Assembly: GCA_950097015.1 (NCBI GenBank)
Contig: CATNEN010000002.1
Location: 7,936,001-8,000,000 of the forward strand
Source: Macrostomum hystrix
Lineage: Eukaryota; Animalia; Platyhelminthes
Length of the DNA: 64,000 nt
Reading direction: 5' to 3'
The position numbers and the translations under genes were made by a program. Position 1 is the first letter of the stretch, and every line of letters begins with the position of its first letter. Below, piece after piece: positions 24,909-35,649 of this stretch. Below the pieces are notes generated by a model. That model saw nothing but the letters and a program-made list of their open reading frames with translations. It ran no database searches and had not been told where the DNA came from.

Positions 24909-25604
24909 CCCCCTGACAATTCTGTCAAACAATTGTACGAGTAGCAGATTTGAAAACATTTTTTACTTTGCACAGCAGGGGCGAGCCTGAAAGCGCTCAG
25001 TTTTGTCAGCTCAGGTAGTTGACTCTCTTGCTGAAGTGACTGACGATGCAAGGCATTCGCTATTCTACATCATGTCGCTTTTACGTTCTGTGTGATTTTT
25101 CATAGATTTTTTATGCAACGTGCAGCGCAGGCATTTAGCAAAAGTTTTTGTATCGCGTGAAATTGTGTGCCACAGAAATGCTCTGGGTGAGCGAATTTTC
25201 ATAGCTATGCAGAGAGCATTTTGCTGAATTTGCATCACAAAGGATCCAAAAAATCCCAATGATTTTCGCGGAATTATGGCGACAGGCTATTACTCATTGT
25301 GTGAATTTTAGTCGATGATTTTTCTGAGCACAATCATGGGAAATGCTTCGATGAATCTTATGTTCCGATAGGCTGTGTGGAGGCCAACGAGCCATGCGCT
25401 AGAGTTAGCGAAGCCTTTCAACTGTATATTTTCCTTTTTGCAGTTCCAGCAATCAATCAGTAAAAAACTAATCTTTTTTGCAACAAATATCAAGGCAACT
25501 GCTGAACGCGTGCTACACTCAGGAATGGACGAACACATTTTTATTTATTACTCAAACTCTATTAGCCGTGACTATAGCGAGAATAATGAACCCATGACTA
25601 GATT

Positions 25605-26650
25605 GTGGATTCGAGCCCATGACTAGATTGTGGATTCGAGCCCATGACTAGATTGTGGATTCGAGCCCATGACTAGATTGTGGATTCGAGCCCATGACTA
25701 GATTGTGGATTCGAGCCCATGACTAGATTGTGGATTCGAGCCCATGACTAGAATGAATATTTGAGCCCAAGACTAGATTGAAGATTCGAGCCCATGACTA
25801 GATTATGGATTCGACCCTATGACTAGATTGTAAATTCGAACCCATGACTAGATTGTGGATTCGAACCCATGACTAGATTGTGGATTCGAGCCCATGACTA
25901 GATTATGGATTCGAGCCCATGACTAGATTGTGGATTCGAACCCATGACTAGATTATGGATTCGAGCCCATGACTAGATTGTGGATTCGAGCCCATGACTA
26001 GATTGTGGATTCGAGCCCATGACTAGATTGTGGATTCGAACCCATGACTAGATTATGGATTCGAGCCCATGACTAGATTGTGGATTCGAGCCCATGACTA
26101 GATTATGGATTCGAACCCATGACTAGATTGTGGATTCGAGCCCATGACTAGATTATGGATTCGAGCCCATGACTAGATTATGGATTCGAACCCATGACTA
26201 GATTGTGGATTCGAGCCCATGACTAGATTATGGATTCGAGCCCATGACTAGATTGTGGATTCGAACCCATGACTAGATTATGGATTCGAGCCCATGACTA
26301 GATTGTGGATTCGAACCCATGACTAGATTGTGGATTCGAGCCCATGACTAGATTATGGATTCGAACCCATGACTAGATTAAAGATTCGAGCCCATGACTA
26401 GATTGTGGATTTGAGCCCATGACTAGATTGTGGATTCGAGCCCATGACTAGATTATGGATTCGAACCCATGACTAGATTAAAGATTCGAGCCCATGACTA
26501 GATTGTGGATTTGAGCCCATGACTAGATTGTGGAAGCGAGCCCATGACTAGATTGTGGATTCGAGCCCATACTAGATTGTGGAAGCGAGCCCATGACTAG
26601 ATTGTGGATTCGAACCCATGACTAGATTGTGGATTTGAGCCCATGACTAG
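25605..26650. repeat. 25-bp minisatellite (CCCATGACTAGATTGTGGATTCGAG)n, about 42 copies
   Basis: Head-to-tail period of 25 with no spacers. Confidence 0.98.
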
Positions 26651-26855
26651 ATTGTAGATTTATTGTGGATTTGTGCAAAAAATCGAAGAAGATGCAAAAT
26701 AGAGGCAAAACGTTGTCGAGTCTGCAGCTCACTCTAACACACTCGCGCCCAACTATGCTGAAAGAAGGCATTTTTTTGTCTGGAGATGCAGTCAGGTCGG
26801 AAAAAGTTTCAGCGTAGGATTTCACATTTTGCGAGCTGTTCCAATTGCGATCCAG

Positions 26856-27950
26856 TCAGCGAACCAGGCCGAAAAATTCGTTGATCTCAGACTCAGTGAG
26901 GGTGTCGTTCGAGATGGCCACAGCCCGAATGGTGCCGTTCAACCAGGGGTCTCCAGGATAGGGTGTGCTTCCCAGAGTAAAGCATGCCGAAGCGCTCAGG
27001 CTGGGCTGCGATATATAAAAGTCCTCAGTAAACTTTGGACTGTAAGTGTTTGAGTAGCAGAAGAACTCAACCTGATTCCCATCCATTGACGGCGAATGGA
27101 CAGCGAACTCAACGAAACCTCCAGTGTCAAGGCGGCACGAGTCAAAGTAATCCATAAAGCCAATGTTCACATGGTCGTTTCTAATAAAGCTCACATGATT
27201 ATCAAACGAGTTGGCTAACTCGTACCAAAGTATCGTACGAACGCATTCAAATTTTCTGATGATTGTCCCTTCTCCACTCTGCCTGATCCTAAACAGCAAC
27301 GAGAGTACCTGCTCAGTTTCACCGAAATCCGCATTGTCCATCGACATCTTTGAGGATACTCCATTGAACTTGGCTCCCTCGCTCGTGAACTCGACTGACT
27401 CCGACTGCCACTGCTGCGTCTCGCCGCACACCAAGTTGCTCTTGCTGGCTTCCTCATCTTCACTCATCACCCACGCTGCACGCAGCTTCGAGCCCACACT
27501 GCTCATCAGCTTCCTGCTCAGCGTCATGAAGTTGACGGATCTGGTATTGGCGAATGCAGCGCAGCTGTGCAGTGCGTTGATCCCATCGCTGGCTTGTCCA
27601 TTGATGAGGTGGCACACGACAATGTACTTGAACAGCGAGCACTGGCGAGTGTCCGAGTCGAACTGGGCCACCAACAGACCGCTCATTGTGCTCGCAATGC
27701 CGATGCACATGATCTTGCTCGACACTCGCCTTGTCTGCAGAGCCAGAGCATCGGGCAGACACCGCGACGTCTCCACCCTGAGCCACTCGGCCTCGCTGCC
27801 GCAGCGGGCCAGCTGGGCGCGACTCAGGAGCGAAAGCAAAGCAACACCTGAATGCGATTTTAGTTTAATTAAATTCAGTTCATAGTACCATTCTTTATTT
27901 ATGAGACTATATCTCCACAGTACTTCTTACTCACATGCTATTAGATGCAT
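26856..27950 (-). CDS. Secreted PAN/Apple-like + LamG-like protein, copy D, intact (335 aa)
   Basis: Exon 1 is 27950-27935 (MHLIA, GTGAGT donor); exon 2 is 27847-26856. The reading frame is continuous and the architecture matches copy C. Confidence 0.85.
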
Positions 27951-28599
27951 CAGTAGTGGTGGCAGCTTCAGCTGCTGCTGAAGGTATTTTTTAGCAGTTC
28001 GTTCGAGATTTCAAGTCACTCCGACGGAACTGTAGATCAGTATTTATAGCTTAGCGATGGATTCGTCAGTTCTGTTACTCGTGCAGCCTGTTTTGAAGCT
28101 GCCTTTCTCCAATCGAAGTTAATTGGCTCCCATTGAACGCTTTTCTCTCTGCAGCACAGTTGCAATTCATTTTTACAATGCTCAATGTTGTTTGTGTCAT
28201 TTACTCGTATATTTATATTTATACTGATATTTACGTTTAAAAGCTATTATTCGAGAAGACAAAACCGCAACAGACAAGCATGTGAACATGTTTGAACACA
28301 GGCAGTTCAAACCGACTTGACTTGACTTCTCCGCTGGGCGGTCTGAAGACATGGGATGTTCTCGGATCTGCAAATTTCTTCCATTGATGGAATCGGTCCG
28401 AGGTGTTTTAGCCTCATCATTGAACGCTTTTCTCTCTGCAGCACAGTTGCAATTAATCATTAAAATACTTAAATGCTTTTGAGTCATGATATTTATGCTT
28501 AATAGCAATTAGTCCCGAAGAGCGATATCCGAAACAGCAACAGACGAGCATGTGACTTGACACGGGCAGTTCAACCGACACTTCAAACCATGTGTTCAG

Positions 28600-29030
28600 C
28601 TGACTAAATTGACTTTGCTGCAGGGGGCATCTTCCGGACGCAGTGGGAAGGCGTCGCCGCCAATTCCGCTTGCCCTGGGCGAACATGGGCAACTAAAGCT
28701 GCGGTGTCGCGCAGGGGGATCCGGTGATGCCGGCGTCTACGGAGGTGGAGACTCGCTCACTTGGTGGCCCTCAGGTAACGGACGAGCTGGCAGATATTCT
28801 CAGACCTGAAAATGTCGGAGAGGTCCGGGTTTGGCACGGATTTTGTGCAGATTTTTTTGCGGATTTGCGATGCCTAGCGAAACCGCCTGGCCAGAGAGGG
28901 CCATGGTGACTGCCCTGATGTCCCTGCGGATTATGTAGCACCGAAGGCTCTGCGGATTTGCACAAGCATCGCGAGAGCTTTGCGGGTTTTCAATTTGACG
29001 TGAGATGTCCAGCTCAACCTGTGGTCGAGG
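28600..29030 (-). mobile_element. Degenerate LINE, 3' part (same family as 17357-18018)
   Basis: VILDHRLSWTSHVKLKTRKALAML; CAGGGCAGTCACCATGGCCCTCTCTGGCCA and the 3' end are shared with the 17.4-kb copy. Confidence 0.75.
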
Positions 29031-29035
29031 ATAAC

Positions 29036-32000
29036 TGTCAAGCCGTGCTCAGGAGTATAAGGCAAGACTGCCCGTAGGCTTGGTTTTGGTTAGTAGCGAA
29101 TTTAGTTTATTAGTCACGATGTTTCACGATACACTTGCATATATATATAAGTAGACGAGTCAACAAGGCTTAAAAGTCAACAGGTGTAGAGTACATCAAT
29201 AATCAATATTCAGGCTGCGTACATTAGGTCAGAGTGCGGTTGGCGCGCAGGCCTGCAGATCTACCACAGTTCACTTGCTTAACACAGTTCACGGTTCATT
29301 CACGGCTCAAACCCCGGCACGTCATCTCCCCCCTTCGAACCGCTCGGGCGGCACGCCCTGATTCGCACGGAGGTTGTAGCTCGGTCTCTGGGGAGTCGCG
29401 GCCGGTGACGGTACTCTGCCACTGGCCGCTTGCGGCGGATCTGCGGTCTCCCCTGGCGCGCTTGCCTGGGTCAAGGACGCAGGCATGTTTTCATGTCGCG
29501 CTTCAGGCAAGTCGGCGGGTCTTGGAGCAACTTCGTGGCTGACTGCGGCTGTCGCAACGTCTCCATTGCCGCCGGCTTCGTGCCGACGCAGTTGGTCTAG
29601 GTGGGCGAGCGTGACCCGGTCACCCTGTCGCATGATCAGCGCCGTGTTGGACCCTTTCTGCGCCAGGAACTCCGCCTTCTCCGGTGTGGCACTCGGCGTT
29701 GGAGCGTACCAGACCTCAGAGCGGATCGCTGTCTTCATGGTGATGGGGTTTCGCAGCTGCCTTCCCATTAGTTGCGCCGGGCTGAACTCCCTTCCGGCGT
29801 GCGGTACACATCGGTAGTTCAGTAGGATCCGTGCCAGGAATGCGTCGTACGGCTCCTGCTGATCCCAGCCCGCCGAGGCCACCTTGATTGTCTGCACCAT
29901 TCGCTCGGCCAGGCCGTTGGACTGGGGATGATATGGTGGGGTTTTCACAGCGCGGCAGCCGATTCTGTGCAGCCAGCTCACCAACCCCTCATCATGGAAC
30001 TCTGCAGCATTGTCACTCACCAGGGTTCTCGGCACTCCGTTGCGGGCGAAGACCTCCTGGAGGACCCGCCTGACGGTGGCGGCGCTCTTGTCGGGCACTC
30101 GGATAGCCTCCGGCCAGGCAGACATGGCGTCGACCAGGATCAGCAGGAGCCCGACCTTCGGAACGTGAGCGTGGTCCATGTGCACGCGCCCCCAAGGCTC
30201 AGACTCGGCGGGCCATTGGTGGACACTGCTGTGACTACTTTGACGTTGCTTGGCGCAGGTCTGGCAGGCACGGACGAATCCTTCGACGTCACCGCAGTAG
30301 CCTGGCCACCAGACGGAGTTGCGGACCAGCGCTCGAGTGCTCGTGGCGCCCGGATGCGCCCCGCTGTGCACCAATTCCAGGACGCGACTGCGTAGTGAAG
30401 CAGGAATGACCGGGCGATCGCCGTAGCACACCACCGAGCCGTCTAGAGTGAGCGCATGTCGAATTGCTTTGAATTGCCGTTCCGCAGGCGAGCAACCCGA
30501 CCAACGGTTTCCAGCTATCCTTCGAGTGATGTCCGCTAGCAGTCTATCGCGCTTTGTCTCCTCTGCCAGCTCAGTCCAGCCGATGACGCTTTCACCGGCC
30601 CAATGCACCAGGTGTTGTTGGGGTGCCGCCTCATATGGATCGTCCGGGACGTCAGCGATGTCAAGACGAGACAACGCATCGGCGTGCGGGATGTCGACTC
30701 CGCGGGCGTACTCAATAGCGAAGTCAAATCCCATGAGGCGGATCGCCCAGCGCAGGATGCGGGCATTGGCGACTTTAGGGAGCTGCTGCCGTGCCCCGAA
30801 CAGAAACTCGAGAGGGCGGTGGTCGGTTCGCAGAGTGAAGCGCTTGCCCAGTAGGAACTGACGGGACCTCTCCATTGACCACACAATCGCCAGCGCCTCC
30901 CGTTCGATGTTGGAGTAGCGTGTCTCTGCCTCCGTCAACCGCCTGCTGAAGTAGATGACGGGATGACCTTCTTGCGTGAGCACGGCGGCCACCGCCTTCT
31001 CACTGGCGTCGGTCGTGAGCGTTGTTTCCTTTGTCCGGTCGTATGGCTGGATGATCGGGCTGGAGCTCAGGAGCTTCTTTAGCTGGTGGAAGGCCGCTTC
31101 CTGTGCAGTTGTCCAAGTGAACTCCACTCCCTTCTTGCGCAGCTGGTTCAGGGGCTCGACGATGTGCGCATAATTGTTGACGAACCTTCCGAAGAAATTG
31201 CAGAGGCCGAGGAAGGACTCCAACTGGCGACGGTCGCGTGGTGCAGTGATTTCTTTGATCTTGCTGACCAGACCAGGGTCCGGAGAGATTCCATCTGCAC
31301 CGATTCTGTAGCCGAGGAACTTGACGCTCTTGGCGCCCAAGTTGGACTTGGCGAGATTTATGTTCATTCCGGCTGCCTGGAGGATCTTAATTACTTCATC
31401 GACTTTGGCTTTGAGATCTTCGCTGGAGCGACCTCCGAGCAGAATATCGTCTTGATAGACGACCTTGCCGTTCACCTCCTCAAGGGTAGTCTCCATGGCC
31501 TTTTGAAAGATGGCGGATGCTGACTTGAGGCCCGGCACGAGTCGGGTGTAGCGAAACAGACCGAGTGGGGTCGCAATCGTAGTGACTTCCCTGCTCTTCT
31601 CCTCGAGTTCAATCTGTAGATACGCGTCAGATAGGTCGAGGGTCGCGAAGTCAGTCATTCCGGCGACATCCGAGAAGATGGTCTCGACGGTTGGCATTGG
31701 ATAGGTGTCTCCGCACACTTGATGATTGACCCCCGCCTTGTAATCGGCACAAATTCTGATGTTGCCGTTGGGTTTGAGGACGCAGACGATTGGTGACGCC
31801 CACTCGCTACCGCCTTCGGTCACTGGTTCAATTATTCCTTCAGCCTGGAGGCGCTTCAGCTCTTGGTTGACGCGGTCGCGCAGGTGCAGCGGCACCGCTC
31901 TGGCTGCGCAGTAGAATGGCTTGGCACCTTCGATCAGCTTGATTCTGGCTTGGAAACCCTTCAGGCAATTGAGGTGCTGTACTGCAGTGCCTTGGCCACC

Positions 32001-33464
32001 GACTGTCTGCCTCTCAGAGTTCCAATCCAGGTTGTCGAGGCCCAACAGCCCGTGTGACTTGTGTGCTGCAGTGACAACCAAGTCGACAGTGCGGAACTTG
32101 TCTTTATCATTCCACGTTGCTGTGAACTCGCCCAGGGTCTTGATTATTGATCCATCAAATTGCCTCAGGATTCGCTTGGACTTCCTTAGCGCTGGACGCC
32201 CGAGCATCTCCCAGTGGCCCCTGGGAATGAGGCTTACGTCGGCGCCTGTGTCCACTTGCATCTGCAGCTCTTTGCCGTTGATCTTGACGCGCCGGAAGAT
32301 GCCTTTTCGCTCCTTGTTCTCCGGTCTGATGACGAAGACGTTGGCGGCATCTGGCTTCGGGGCGGCATCATCGTCCTCCTCCCAGGTCTCCAAGTGCACA
32401 GTGCGGGACCTGAAAACGGCTGCGTAGTGGTTTTTCTTGTTGCAGGTGGTGCACCTTTTGCCGAAGGCGGGGCATGAGCCCTGCTGGTGCGAACCGCCAC
32501 AGTATTGGCACTTCGTCCTGGTTGTGTGCCTCGGCGATCTGGTGTCCGGAGGAAGCTGTGGAGGTGCGGCGCGCCGACCTGCATAGGCGATGCTTGACTC
32601 GGTGGTGACGGTGGGCCCGGTGCCGGCGTTGTAGTAGCGAATCTGCTCCAACTGCTCAAGCTCTTGCAGCACATCGGTCAGCAGCATGTCGATGCCCTGC
32701 ATCCTCTCCAGCAGTCTGCGCTTGTGGTCCACGGAGGCAAGACCGTCCACGAGCCTCATGGTGATGAGTTCGTCCTCACAGGTCTGTTTCGAGCCTAGCT
32801 TCTCAAAACTGCACGAGGCAGCAGCTGCTCGGAGCCGGCGGTAGTACGATGCGACGACTTCGCTCGGATCCTGCCTGAGGGAGAGGAATTTCACCCTCTC
32901 GGCAATGGTGAGGCGCCGCTTGGGCCGAATGGTTGCATCGATGATGTCGCGGATCTGTGCGAATGTTTTGGTCTCCAGGCTGTCTGGGGCAGCCATGAGG
33001 GTCAGGGTTCTCAGTGCCTTGAGGCCTGCCCTCGAGAGGAATAGATCAGTGATCTGGTGTTCCTCTTCCGAATCCTTCAGTTTCTTGGTCCGTGCAGCGG
33101 CCGCGAAACTGAGCAGCCAGGCTTCGGCTGTGTCTGGATCTTCCAGGTTTAGTTCAGATGCTTGCGATGCCATTGTCAAGCCGTGCTCAGGAGTATAAGG
33201 CAAGACTGCCCGTAGGCTTGGTTTGGGTTAGTAGCGAATTTAGTTTATTAGTCACGATGTTTCACGATACACTTACATATATATATATAAGTAGACGAGT
33301 CAACAAGGCTTAAAAGTCAACAGGTGTAGAGTACATCAATAATCAATATTCAGGCTGCGTACATTAGGTCAGAGTGCGGTTGGCGCGCAGGCCTGCAGAT
33401 CTACCACAGTTCACTTGCTTAACACAGTTCACGGTTCATTCACGGCTCAAACCCCGGCACGTCA
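29036..33464 (-). mobile_element. Full-length Ty3/Gypsy LTR retrotransposon
   Basis: TG...CA LTRs at 33174-33464 (5') and 29036-29324 (3'), differing by only about 2 substitutions plus one TA indel; 5-bp TSD ATAAC at 29031-29035 and 33465-33469; PPT GAAGGGGGGAGA; PBS-like TGGCATCG. Confidence 0.97.
29322..33173 (-). CDS. Single gag-pol polyprotein (Gag Zn knuckles, PR, RT, RNase H, IN)
   Basis: CQYCGGSH..CPAFGKRC; DTGA protease; YQDD RT; TDASE RNase H; HHCC plus D..SDNA..E integrase, in PR-RT-RH-IN order. The ATG is at 33173. Confidence 0.96.
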   Translation of the reverse strand: MASQASELNLEDPDTAEAWLLSFAAAARTKKLKDSEEEHQITDLFLSRAGLKALRTLTLMAAPDSLETKTFAQIRDIIDATIRPKRRLTIAERVKFLSLRQDPSEVVASYYRRLRAAAASCSFEKLGSKQTCEDELITMRLVDGLASVDHKRRLLERMQGIDMLLTDVLQELEQLEQIRYYNAGTGPTVTTESSIAYAGRRAAPPQLPPDTRSPRHTTRTKCQYCGGSHQQGSCPAFGKRCTTCNKKNHYAAVFRSRTVHLETWEEDDDAAPKPDAANVFVIRPENKERKGIFRRVKINGKELQMQVDTGADVSLIPRGHWEMLGRPALRKSKRILRQFDGSIIKTLGEFTATWNDKDKFRTVDLVVTAAHKSHGLLGLDNLDWNSERQTVGGQGTAVQHLNCLKGFQARIKLIEGAKPFYCAARAVPLHLRDRVNQELKRLQAEGIIEPVTEGGSEWASPIVCVLKPNGNIRICADYKAGVNHQVCGDTYPMPTVETIFSDVAGMTDFATLDLSDAYLQIELEEKSREVTTIATPLGLFRYTRLVPGLKSASAIFQKAMETTLEEVNGKVVYQDDILLGGRSSEDLKAKVDEVIKILQAAGMNINLAKSNLGAKSVKFLGYRIGADGISPDPGLVSKIKEITAPRDRRQLESFLGLCNFFGRFVNNYAHIVEPLNQLRKKGVEFTWTTAQEAAFHQLKKLLSSSPIIQPYDRTKETTLTTDASEKAVAAVLTQEGHPVIYFSRRLTEAETRYSNIEREALAIVWSMERSRQFLLGKRFTLRTDHRPLEFLFGARQQLPKVANARILRWAIRLMGFDFAIEYARGVDIPHADALSRLDIADVPDDPYEAAPQQHLVHWAGESVIGWTELAEETKRDRLLADITRRIAGNRWSGCSPAERQFKAIRHALTLDGSVVCYGDRPVIPASLRSRVLELVHSGAHPGATSTRALVRNSVWWPGYCGDVEGFVRACQTCAKQRQSSHSSVHQWPAESEPWGRVHMDHAHVPKVGLLLILVDAMSAWPEAIRVPDKSAATVRRVLQEVFARNGVPRTLVSDNAAEFHDEGLVSWLHRIGCRAVKTPPYHPQSNGLAERMVQTIKVASAGWDQQEPYDAFLARILLNYRCVPHAGREFSPAQLMGRQLRNPITMKTAIRSEVWYAPTPSATPEKAEFLAQKGSNTALIMRQGDRVTLAHLDQLRRHEAGGNGDVATAAVSHEVAPRPADLPEARHENMPASLTQASAPGETADPPQAASGRVPSPAATPQRPSYNLRANQGVPPERFEGGR

Positions 33465-33469
33465 ATAAC

Positions 33470-33890
33470 ATCTAAGCATCTAGTTTGCTTCTCCATGGCG
33501 ATGATTTTGTCATAGAGAAGAAGAGGCTAAATCCACCAATTAGTATGTTGGTGAACAAGGTGGCAGTGGTCTGAGAATCAGAGAGTTTGAGCCCGCATCT
33601 GTGCGCTGGAGGTGGATGTAAGCTTGCAAAATGTCTCTGAGGACCACCAGGCACCGTGGCGGTAACATCGTCAGCATAGCCGATTTTCTGGACCGGGTCC
33701 GGGCCAGGGCTGCAGGGCAGCTCGTCTATGGAGAGGTTCCAGAGGATCGGACTAAGAACCCACCCTCTGGGCCTCCCTTCTGGACTTCCACAGAGCGGGA
33801 GTGGCCAAGCAGGTGCGAGGTAGCAGGTGAGTGAGACACCATATACATGATCCAGCAGATAAGGTGCTCGTGCGTAGCCCGGCGCTTCAG
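33470..33890 (-). mobile_element. Degenerate LINE RT fragment, continuous with 28600-29030 across the Gypsy
   Basis: GVLSPILWNL and GYADD motifs; RCLDVI|LDHRLSW reads through once the Gypsy and one TSD are removed. Confidence 0.78.
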
Positions 33891-33909
33891 GACTCGCCTA
33901 AAGGCTTCA

Positions 33910-34110
33910 AAGAGCCACAGCTGATCCTCACATTTTTATATGGTAGAGTGAAGCCGCTGTTTCTACAAGAGCCACAGCTGATCCTCACATTTTTATATGG
34001 TAGAGTGAAGCCGCTGTTTCTACAAGAGCCACAGCTGATCCTCACATTTTTATATGGTAGACTGAAGCCGCTGTTTCTACAAGAGCCACAGCTGATCCTC
34101 ACATTTTTAT
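33910..34110. repeat. 57-bp tandem repeat, about 3.5 copies
   Basis: AAGAGCCACAGCTGATCCTCACATTTTTATATGG... recurs with period 57. Confidence 0.93.
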
Positions 34111-34342
34111 ATTAATTCAGCAGTTTGTTTTCGAATGGGCCTTCAAAAAGGCTGAATGTTGCAAAAAAGTGCCAACATTTTGTTGTACAAATTCTCAGGA
34201 TAAAAGCTGAAACAGCAACAGAAAATCATATATCATACATTACAACAACCACATTCGCACATAATAAAGTCTAAATGATGCTCATACTCATACATGCTCA
34301 TGCAGCGAGCGACTGAAAACTCTCGAAGTCGTTGAACTCAAA

Positions 34343-35345
34343 TCAGCGCACCAGACCGAAGAAGCTGCTGATCTCCGCTCCAGTCATTGTGTCGTTCATG
34401 ATTGCAACCGAGCGGATCGATCCATTCAACTTGGGCCAAGTGCCCAGAAGCCGTAGCCCGAGGGAGAGGCAGTAAAAATCCATCATTGAAGATTTCACAA
34501 AGGTTGCACCCTGCGTCACTTTGGCTGGTGCCACGAATCCTGAGTTGGAGAAGAAGTTTCTGCTCCGAGGGGATGATGAAGTGAGTCCAACTTCAATGAA
34601 AATGTTCGGGTCGTAACTGTTTGTCGAGGCGAGGCGTCTGTCAAGAACTCCACTGTGTTTAGGTCATATCTTGAGGCGTAGAGGCCGTTTGATGATGGAG
34701 CTCCATCCCAAAAGCAGCTCCCAATTTCCTTAGTGTCACACTTGTAGCTCTCCATGATCACGGCCCCGTAAGCCGCACGCTTGAGCCTGAACAGCCAACT
34801 AAGCCCAAGTCCCAAGTTAGCGAACTCCACGTTCTCAAGCAACATCTTGGATGACACTCCGTTGAACTTGGCTCCCTCGCTGCTGAACTTGACTGACTCC
34901 GACTGCCACTGCTGCGTCTCGCCGCACACCAAGTTGCTCTTGCTGGCTTCCTCATCGTCACTCATCACCCACGCTGCACGCAGCTTCGAGCCCACACTGC
35001 TCATCAGCTTCCTGCTCAGCGTCATGAAGTTGACGGCTCTGGCATTGGCGAATGCAGCACAGCTGTGCAGTGCGTTGATCCCATTGCTGGCTTGTCCATT
35101 GATGAGGTGGCACACGACAATGTACTTGAACAGCGAGCACTGGCCAGTGTCCGAGTCGAACTGGGCCACCAACAGACCGCTCATTGTGCTCGCAATGCCG
35201 ATGCACATGATCTTGCTCAACACTCGCCTTGTCTGCAGAGCCAGAGCGTCGGGCAGACACCGTGACGTCTCCACCCTGAGCCACTCGGCCTCGCTGCCGC
35301 AGCGGGCCAGCTGGGCGAGGAGAGCCAAGCAGAGTACGAATTTTA
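34343..35345 (-). pseudogene. PAN/LamG family, copy E (one frameshift near 34620)
   Basis: Exon 2 starts at 35345. The frame shifts to SYDPNIFIEVGLTSSSPRSRNFFSN...LNGSIRSVAIMNDTMTGAEISSFFGLVR*. Its variable region is the same subtype as copy A. Confidence 0.83.
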
Positions 35346-35649
35346 CTGAAAAGCGAAAAAAAATGAGAAGATTTTCCGATTTCTCTTCTAACTGCAGAGT
35401 TATTAACTACAGTCTTTACCGGTTTAGAATAATTGATTGAAATGGTGTAAGGATTAATGCTCAAAGTCTAAAAGTTACTGTCTAAAATCTAAAAGTTAAG
35501 TTATCAACTCGGACATAGAACAAGTTACTAAATTATTCCAAAAGGTGCTTTCTTGTGCTATTATTTGGAGGGAAAAATGTAAACGTTGGACTTACCAAAC
35601 TCAGCTTTCATTTCAAAGCGCAGTTGGTCGAAAATAATGACTGGCTTGC

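Noticed and set aside
25605-26650. 25-bp repeat array as a CRISPR-like locus
   Set aside because: The units are head-to-tail with no unique spacers, there are no cas genes, and the context is eukaryotic.
21230-35440. Long plus-strand ORFs (21230-21982, 27211-27885, 34781-35440, 16818-17354) as antisense genes
   Set aside because: They are shadows of the GC-rich conserved lectin segment, with no independent motifs or splice structure.
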